From assembly GCA_944389565.1 (NCBI GenBank), contig CALXMV010000001.1, forward strand, positions 51,924 to 115,923: a stretch of 64,000 bases of DNA, read 5' to 3'. The translations under genes and the position numbers were made by a program. How positions within the stretch are numbered: position 1 is the first letter of the stretch; each line of letters starts with the position of its first letter. The notes beneath the pieces were generated by a model. The model was not told where the DNA came from, did no database searches, and saw only the letters and a list, made by a program, of their open reading frames with translations. This DNA is from an uncultured Kiritimatiellota bacterium. Its GTDB lineage: Bacteria; Verrucomicrobiota; Kiritimatiellia; RFP12; DVOR01. Below are positions 58,365-64,000 of the stretch, in pieces.

Positions 58365-60177
58365 GCGCGCGCTCCTTGGTGTGCTTGTCGGCGGGGATGC
58401 CGAGGTAGTGGCCGATTTCCTCGGCCACGGCCGCGAAGGTGGGCGCGGCGACGTTCCCGCCAGTGTGATAGGTGCCCCGTGGCCGCTCGATGGTGACCAG
58501 GATGGCCAGGCGTGGGGCCGTGGCCGGGAAGATCCCCACGAAGGTGGCGTTGTAGTCGGTGTTGTTGTAACGGCCGTTGACGGGGATCTGGCCGGTGCCC
58601 GTCTTTCCCGCCACCGTGTAGCTGCGCAGGGCGGCGCGGCGGGCCGTGCCGCCGGCCGCGGGGTCGGTGACGGCCTGGAGCATGTCGAGCATACTGGCGC
58701 AGACGCGCGGGGAGAGCGGGCGGCCGAGCACCTCGGGGGCGTTGGCGCGGATGGGCTCGCCGGTGTGCGAGCGGATCTCCCGGAGGATCGTCGGGCGCAT
58801 CCGCAGGCCGCCGTTGGCGATGGTGGCGTAGGCGTTGCAGAGCTGCACGGCGGTGACGGCGATGCCCTGGCCCAGGGTCATGCGCGTGGGCGAGAGCTTG
58901 CTCCAGCGCGAATAGTGGTGCAGGATGCCCGCCTCCTCGCCGGCGAGCTCGATGCCCGTGCGCTCGCCGAAGCCCATCGCGCGGAAGGCCCGCCACAGGG
59001 GCTCGTACTGGTGCGGCATCCCGTCCGCGGGCCGGGGCTCGGCCATGCGCAGGCCGATCATCGCGGTGCCGATGTTGGAGGATTTGGCGAGGATCTCGCG
59101 GGGCGTGACGATGCCGTAGGCATGGTCGCGGAGCGGCCGCCCGGCGTAATACCACACGCCCGCGCGCCCCACGTCGAAGGTCGTGCGCTCGTCGATGATG
59201 CCGTCCTGCAGCGCCATGGCCACGGTGATCGCCTTCATGGCCGACCCGGGCTCGTAGTTGCGCGAGATGGCGATGTTCTTCCAGAGCGCGGGGTCCACGC
59301 GCCCGTAGTCCTGCGGGTCGAAGCTAGGCAGCGTGGCCATCCCGAGCATCTCGCCGGTGCGCACGTCCTGCACCAGGATGATGCCCGAATCCGCGCGGAA
59401 ACGCTGGATGGCCTCGCCGAGCGCCCGCTCGATGATGTACTGCACGTTGTTGTCGATCGTCAGGTAGACGTCGTGCCCATGGACGGCCGGCGTGTTCTCG
59501 ATCCGCCGTTCGCGCAGCTCGCGCCGCCGGGCGTCCACGACCATCCGGATGAGGCCGTTCGTGCCGGCGAGCGCCCGGTCGAAGACCTGCTCCACGCCGT
59601 ACACGCCGTCGCCCTGGCGGTTCACGAACCCCAGCACGTGCGCCAGGCGCGCGCCGTTGGGGTGGGAACGCACGCTGAGCGTCTCCGAGAAGTTCACGCC
59701 GGCGATGCGGTTCGTCTTCGCCGAGGGGCTGCTTCGCGCGGCGAGCTCGCGGAGGATGGCGTCGTCGGAGACCTCGCAGACGAACGTGGTGTACGTGCGC
59801 CGGCCGCCGCTGGTGTGGTAGCCGTTGAAGGCGTCGAGCAGGCGTTCCTCGTCCACCCGCAGCAGACGTGCCAGATCGAGCGGGAGCGTCGCGCGGTTCA
59901 CCGAGGGCAGTTGCAGCTTCGGGTCGCGCTGGTCGATGTAGATCCGCCGCCCGGAGATGCTCTCGGCCAGCACCACGCCGTTGCGGTCGAGAATCCGGCC
60001 GCGCAGGCCGAGCGGGCGCTGCTCGCGGAAATAATTGTTGCCCGGCGCCTCCTCCCCAGGGGGCTCGATCAGGTGCAGGGCGATGAGCCGGTAGGCGACG
60101 CAGCCGAAGAAGAACAGCACGATGCCCAGGGCCACGCACATCCAGAACCGCGCCGTCTGCCGCTCCGCATGCTCCAT
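58360..60177 (-). CDS. ftsI: Peptidoglycan D,D-transpeptidase FtsI / PBP (class B)
   Basis: It has an N-terminal TM, a dimerisation domain, and transpeptidase motifs SAMK (SxxK), SSN and KTGT. It is the last gene of the mraZ-rsmH-ftsL-ftsI cluster. Confidence 0.85.
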   Translation of the reverse strand: MEHAERQTARFWMCVALGIVLFFFGCVAYRLIALHLIEPPGEEAPGNNYFREQRPLGLRGRILDRNGVVLAESISGRRIYIDQRDPKLQLPSVNRATLPLDLARLLRVDEERLLDAFNGYHTSGGRRTYTTFVCEVSDDAILRELAARSSPSAKTNRIAGVNFSETLSVRSHPNGARLAHVLGFVNRQGDGVYGVEQVFDRALAGTNGLIRMVVDARRRELRERRIENTPAVHGHDVYLTIDNNVQYIIERALGEAIQRFRADSGIILVQDVRTGEMLGMATLPSFDPQDYGRVDPALWKNIAISRNYEPGSAMKAITVAMALQDGIIDERTTFDVGRAGVWYYAGRPLRDHAYGIVTPREILAKSSNIGTAMIGLRMAEPRPADGMPHQYEPLWRAFRAMGFGERTGIELAGEEAGILHHYSRWSKLSPTRMTLGQGIAVTAVQLCNAYATIANGGLRMRPTILREIRSHTGEPIRANAPEVLGRPLSPRVCASMLDMLQAVTDPAAGGTARRAALRSYTVAGKTGTGQIPVNGRYNNTDYNATFVGIFPATAPRLAILVTIERPRGTYHTGGNVAAPTFAAVAEEIGHYLGIPADKHTKERAP

Positions 60178-60222
60178 GCCGCCGACCTCATCCCCGTGCG
60201 TGCGCCCGCCGCCTTGCCGGGC

Positions 60223-60627
60223 TCAGCGTCGCACGCGTGCCATCGGGTCGCCCGTGCGGTGCGCGGCGCGCCCTTGCGCCAGGGTCCGGCGCAACGTCTC
60301 GGGCATCCGCACCTGACCGTCCGCCGCCACGAAGGCCGTGCGCTCGGGCGGGGCGTAACGCAGGCTCAGCCCGTTGCGCGCGATCGCCTCGTCAAGGCGG
60401 CTCGGCTCCGTCAGCCGGTTCCATTCGGCCTGGCACCGCCGCAGGGACTCCTCCTGCGAGCGTTGCTCCTGCTCCAGCATCCGGATCTGCGTGGCCTCCT
60501 GGCTGTTGCCGAGCGTCAGCAGCCCGAGCGTCACCCACGGCGCGGCCATGACCACCACCAACGTGCTCACGCCCACGCCCGCCAGATTGAGATGGAACGT
60601 CCTCCGCTTCCTGTTACGCTTCGCCAT
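60223..60627 (-). CDS. ftsL: Cell division protein FtsL-like
   Basis: A 134-aa protein with a single TM and a coiled coil (QIRMLEQEQRSQEESLRRCQAEWNRL), positioned between rsmH and ftsI. Confidence 0.65.
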   Translation of the reverse strand: MAKRNRKRRTFHLNLAGVGVSTLVVVMAAPWVTLGLLTLGNSQEATQIRMLEQEQRSQEESLRRCQAEWNRLTEPSRLDEAIARNGLSLRYAPPERTAFVAADGQVRMPETLRRTLAQGRAAHRTGDPMARVRR

Positions 60628-61567
60628 TTTCCGCCGCCTCCCGTTTCCGCACGGCCCGCAGCTTCGCGCTTCGGGCCCGCGGGTTCCGCTCGATTTCCTC
60701 CGGCCGCGCCGTTACGGCCTTCCTCAAAACCCAATCCGTGCGCGGCGTCTCCCCGCGCCAGACGCTCCCGCCCTGCTGGAGCGCCACCTCCTGCCCGCAA
60801 TGCGCGCGGAAGAAGGTCTTGACCGCGCGATCCGTCAGGCTCTCGAAGGTGATCACCGCCAGGCGCCCGCCGGGCTTCAGCAGACGCAGGCCGGCCTCCA
60901 GGGCCCGCCGCAGGTCGCCCAGCTCGTCGTTCACGGCCATCCGCAACGCCTGGAAGACGCGCGTGGCCGGGTGCCGGCCCGCCGCGTGCGCGCCGCCCAC
61001 CGCCCCTGCCACGATCTCGGCCAGGCGCAGCGTCCGGTCGATGGGTGCCCTTCGGCGCTCTCGGTCGATCGCCCGGGCGATGGCCGCCGCGCGCCGTTCC
61101 TCCCCCAGGTCGCGGAACAGGCGCGTCAGCGCCTCCGTCGAGAGCGTCGCCACCAAATCCGCCGCCGTGGGCCCGCGGTCGTTGCGCATCCGCATATCCA
61201 GCGGCCCGTCCGCGCGGAAACTGAAGCCGCGCTCCGGCGTGTCCAGTTGGTCGCTGCTCACGCCCAGATCCAGCAAGATTGCGTCCGCCCCGTCGAAACC
61301 GTTGGCCGCGGCGATGGCCCCCAGATCCCCGTGCGCGCCCTGCGCCAGCACGTGCTCGCCGGGGACGCCCGCGCGCACGAGGTTGGCCCGCGCCCGCGCC
61401 AACGCCTCCGCGTCGCGGTCGATGCCCAGGAGGCGCCCCGTGGCCCCGGCCAGGCGCATCACCGCCGAGGCGTGCCCGGCCTGCCCCAGCGTGCCGTCCA
61501 CGTAGACGCACCCGGGCGCGGGCGCCAAGGCTTTCACCGTTTCCTCCAACAAGACGGGGATATGCAT
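60614..61567 (-). CDS. rsmH: 16S rRNA (cytosine1402-N4)-methyltransferase
   Basis: MHIPVLLEETVKAL...YVDGTLGQAGHA...ILLDLGVSSDQLD is the MraW/RsmH signature. Confidence 0.9.
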   Translation of the reverse strand: MHIPVLLEETVKALAPAPGCVYVDGTLGQAGHASAVMRLAGATGRLLGIDRDAEALARARANLVRAGVPGEHVLAQGAHGDLGAIAAANGFDGADAILLDLGVSSDQLDTPERGFSFRADGPLDMRMRNDRGPTAADLVATLSTEALTRLFRDLGEERRAAAIARAIDRERRRAPIDRTLRLAEIVAGAVGGAHAAGRHPATRVFQALRMAVNDELGDLRRALEAGLRLLKPGGRLAVITFESLTDRAVKTFFRAHCGQEVALQQGGSVWRGETPRTDWVLRKAVTARPEEIERNPRARSAKLRAVRKREAAENGEA

Positions 61568-61582
61568 GGCCGCGCCCCTCCG

Positions 61583-62089
61583 TCAGAGATCCAGCGCGTC
61601 CAACGCCGCGCCCAACGCCGCCTGATCCACCGCCGCGGCGGGCTCCAACGCCTCCGCCGCCCACACCTCGCCGTAGGTCACCGCACCCACGAAGGTGATT
61701 TTCGCCCCGATGCCCGCGAAGGCGAGCAGCCGGTCGCTGATCCGGATGCGGCCCTGTACGTCGAGCGGGAGCTGCTCGGTGTTCTGGCCGATCACCCGGA
61801 GCTTCCGCGCCACCTCGGGGTCGGCGAAGCGCCGCGCGCGGAGTTTGGCCTGGATTTCCTGCATCCGCTCCGTGGAGAGCAGGCGCAGGCATTTCGCGTG
61901 GGGATCGGCCATGACGAAGACATAGCGCGGGCCGCCCATCGCGTCGCGCCATCCCGAGGGGATGGTCACGCGCCGCTTGGGGTCCAACGCGTGCGTGGCG
62001 CTGCCGGTGAACACGGCCGCGCCCCGCATCGCCGCGGAGGCCTCGTTGCTTTGCGTCTCGTCTTCCACTTCTGTGACCTTCTTTGACAC
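61583..62089 (-). CDS. mraZ: Transcriptional regulator MraZ
   Basis: It has duplicated SpoVT/AbrB-like halves (LDPKRRVTIPSGWRDAM and LDVQGRIRISDRLLAFAG). The true start is possibly an internal Met. Confidence 0.7.
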   Translation of the reverse strand: MSKKVTEVEDETQSNEASAAMRGAAVFTGSATHALDPKRRVTIPSGWRDAMGGPRYVFVMADPHAKCLRLLSTERMQEIQAKLRARRFADPEVARKLRVIGQNTEQLPLDVQGRIRISDRLLAFAGIGAKITFVGAVTYGEVWAAEALEPAAAVDQAALGAALDALDL

Positions 62090-62224
62090 TATTAAACACT
62101 TTCCCCCACCGTCCCGTCAAGGGAAATCCTTCGGGCTCTCACTTTTTCCCATGAAACGGCAAACGGTTCCGACGGGAGGACGCACCCGTGGCGGGGGCGG
62201 CGGCCCCCGCCGCACGCCCGTGCG

Positions 62225-62238
62225 TTTTGTGGTATCGT
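62225..62238 (+). promoter_or_regulatory. Extended -10 promoter TTTTGTGGTATCGT placed 7 nt upstream of the ATG at 62245 (leaderless-type), in the divergent mraZ/VWA intergenic region
   Basis: tgcgTTTTGTGGTATCGTatgggcATGAGACGT is seen directly. The geometry is the same as at 27583. Confidence 0.5.
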
Positions 62239-62244
62239 ATGGGC

Positions 62245-63054
62245 ATGAGACGTTTGTTGCTGGCAATTTCGCTGATTGTGGCCGGGATGCTCCCCGCCGC
62301 CGAGGAACCGTCCCCCGAGGAACGTTACGGGCCCACTTTCTACGGGGTGGAGTTGCCCGAGACCGGCGCGCGCGTGCTGTTGCTCATCGACGCCTCGAAG
62401 TCGATGGGGCGCAAGGACGGCGCGCGCACGGATGGCGGCACGCGCTGGGACACGCTCGTGGACGAGGTGACGAACATGGCCGCCACGATGCACGACCTCG
62501 CTACCCGCCGCCGCGTCTGCTTCACCGTCTCGCTGCTCTACGAGAGCGGCGAGGGCGCGCACGGCGGCACGGAGCCCTTCGACCTGGCGCAGGCCGGCGC
62601 GGAAGGGCGCGTGGTCGCGGCCCTCCGCGAGAAGAGGCTGGTCCCCGGCGGCGACTTCTCCAACTCCTTCGGCACGCTCTGGCCGCTCGTCGCCCGCCAG
62701 CACATCACCCATGTCTTTTTCCTGGGCGACAACGACATCGCCCGCCACGCGGACGCCGTCCGCCCGATCGTCTCGGGGTGGTATGCCCTGCCGCGGCGCG
62801 ACCCCGCCCCCGACCAACGCGAGCTCTGGAAGCAGAAGGTGGCGTGGTGGGAGCCTTGGGCGAAGTGGCGCCCCCCGCGCCCCGGCCGCCCGGCCTTCCG
62901 CGCGCAGCGCGCCCTCAATCTGCCACCGCCCCCGCGGGACGTCACCTTCTCGTGCATCGCCATCGGCCAGGCTTCGCCCTTCCTGAAGGAGCTGGCGGGG
63001 CTGGGCAAGGGCGAGTACGTGGAGCGCCTCTCCAAGAAACGCCGCTCGAAGTGA
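62245..63054 (+). CDS. Secreted von Willebrand factor A domain protein
   Basis: It has the signal peptide MRRLLLAISLIVAGMLPAA. VLLLIDASKSMG is a MIDAS DxSxS motif. The alternative start is 62239. Confidence 0.65.
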   Translation: MRRLLLAISLIVAGMLPAAEEPSPEERYGPTFYGVELPETGARVLLLIDASKSMGRKDGARTDGGTRWDTLVDEVTNMAATMHDLATRRRVCFTVSLLYESGEGAHGGTEPFDLAQAGAEGRVVAALREKRLVPGGDFSNSFGTLWPLVARQHITHVFFLGDNDIARHADAVRPIVSGWYALPRRDPAPDQRELWKQKVAWWEPWAKWRPPRPGRPAFRAQRALNLPPPPRDVTFSCIAIGQASPFLKELAGLGKGEYVERLSKKRRSK

Positions 63055-63965
63055 CCCTCTCCGTCCTCATCGTCTCCTGGGGGCAGGCGGCGCGTCTCGC
63101 CGCGTGCGTGGGGGCCGTGCGGCGTTTCCTCCCCGGGGCGCGGACGGTCGTCGTCGACAACGGCTCCGCCCCGCCGCTCACCCCCCTGCCGGGGTGCGAC
63201 TGGGTGCGCGCGCCGCGCAATCTCGGCTATGCCGGCGGGTGCGCGCTGGGGTGGGCGCGCTGCGCGGGGGAGGCCGTCCTGCTCCTCAACAACGACGCGC
63301 TCCTGCCCTCCGCCGAGCCGGTTGAGACGCTTCTGGCCTTCCTGGCCGCCCACCCGCGCGTCGCCGCCGCGCAGGCCACCCTGCTCCTCCCCGACGGCAC
63401 GCTCGACGCGTGCGGCGAGTCGCTCACGCCCCTGGGGCTCCTCTTCCACCATGGGTACCGCCGGCCGCCCGGGCCGCACGCCGCCCGCGCCTATCCCGTC
63501 CTCGCCGCGAAGGCCGCCTGCGCGCTCGTGCGCCGTGCCGCGGTGGAGGATGCCGGCGGGCTCTTCCGCCCCGATGCCTTCTGCTATTACGAGGACATCG
63601 ATCTGGGGCATCGCCTGTGGCTCGCCGGCTGGGAATGCTGGTACGTCCCCACCCGGCCCGTCCTGCACGACGAGGCCACCACCGCGCGCACCCTCCCCGC
63701 CCGCGACGTCTGGCGCCGTTACCTCGGCAACATGCTCACCTCCGCGCGGGATCTGTGGGGGTGGCGCCTGTGGCTCACCCTGGGTGCGCCCTTCCTCTGC
63801 GCCCTCGCCCTCGCCGCGCTCCGCCACCGCGTCTGGCCGCGCACGCTCCCTCGCGCCGGTCGGCTCGTCTGCCCGCGCCGCCGCGCCGAGCGCGACCTGT
63901 TGCGCCACGTGCTCGCCCATCCCCCGCCCGCCTACTACCTGGCCCTCGTCACCCGCCGTTTCTGA
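63051..63965 (+). CDS. Family 2 glycosyltransferase
   Basis: LSVLIVSWGQAARLAACVGAVRRF...VVVDNGS...LLLNNDALL...CYYEDIDLGHRLWLAGWE has the GT2 DxD/ED motifs. It has a GTG start overlapping the VWA stop (GTGA). Confidence 0.65.
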   Translation: MTLSVLIVSWGQAARLAACVGAVRRFLPGARTVVVDNGSAPPLTPLPGCDWVRAPRNLGYAGGCALGWARCAGEAVLLLNNDALLPSAEPVETLLAFLAAHPRVAAAQATLLLPDGTLDACGESLTPLGLLFHHGYRRPPGPHAARAYPVLAAKAACALVRRAAVEDAGGLFRPDAFCYYEDIDLGHRLWLAGWECWYVPTRPVLHDEATTARTLPARDVWRRYLGNMLTSARDLWGWRLWLTLGAPFLCALALAALRHRVWPRTLPRAGRLVCPRRRAERDLLRHVLAHPPPAYYLALVTRRF

Positions 63966-64000
63966 CCCCGCCCCGCGGGGCGCCCGTGCGCCGAGGGGCG

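Overview
This is a high-GC (about 68-72%) bacterial chromosomal segment with tightly packed genes and many translationally coupled (ATGA/GTGA overlap) gene pairs. Prepilin-type N-terminal methylation motifs, a PEP-CTERM protein, FGE/SUMF1-like domains and the high GC tentatively suggest a PVC-superphylum organism (Verrucomicrobia/Kiritimatiellae/Lentisphaerae-like). That placement is inference only.

The core housekeeping content is:
- hemL (partial) and dut on the minus strand at the left edge.
- The nusA-infB-rbfA-truB-ribF operon.
- azlCD, trkA, a short ArgA-like GNAT, and a PHP phosphoesterase.
- A convergent block of metallophosphoesterase, MBL hydrolase and a C10-like secreted peptidase.
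- pnp without an upstream rpsO, a MATE efflux gene, recA, an amino-acid ABC transporter (ATPase plus a substrate-binding-protein/permease fusion), and a guaA with a degenerate glutaminase domain.
- Further right, argC, an orphan parB, an M28 peptidase, GT-C-like membrane proteins, a DUF2156-GNAT fusion, gpmI, an M24 peptidase, folE, and a parvulin PPIase.
- An operon of two GT-C-like membrane proteins ending in an Lnt-TPR fusion, a flavoprotein, dedA, a truncated dcw cluster (mraZ-rsmH-ftsL-ftsI), and a VWA protein overlapping a GT2 glycosyltransferase.

The accessory stretch at roughly 23.7-37.5 kb is the most unusual part and is the best candidate for an undescribed system. It contains, in order:
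- A PEP-CTERM gene frameshifted in a G7 homopolymer.
- A secreted protein with two FGE/SUMF1-like domains.
- A 160-bp block of palindromic tandem repeats carrying a leaderless-type promoter.
- A 1,693-aa secreted calcium-binding (thrombospondin-type-3 repeat) protein ending in an alpha/beta-hydrolase (lipase-like, GxSxG) domain.
- Three tandem, translationally coupled, signal-peptide-bearing paralogs that are mosaic (conserved ends, hypervariable middles) and strikingly low in GC (about 43-55%).
- A small high-GC secreted protein.

This architecture resembles a polymorphic lipase-effector/immunity cassette locus. No tRNA, rRNA or CRISPR array was recognised by eye. Many long ORFs in the six-frame track are antisense artefacts of the high GC content and were rejected.
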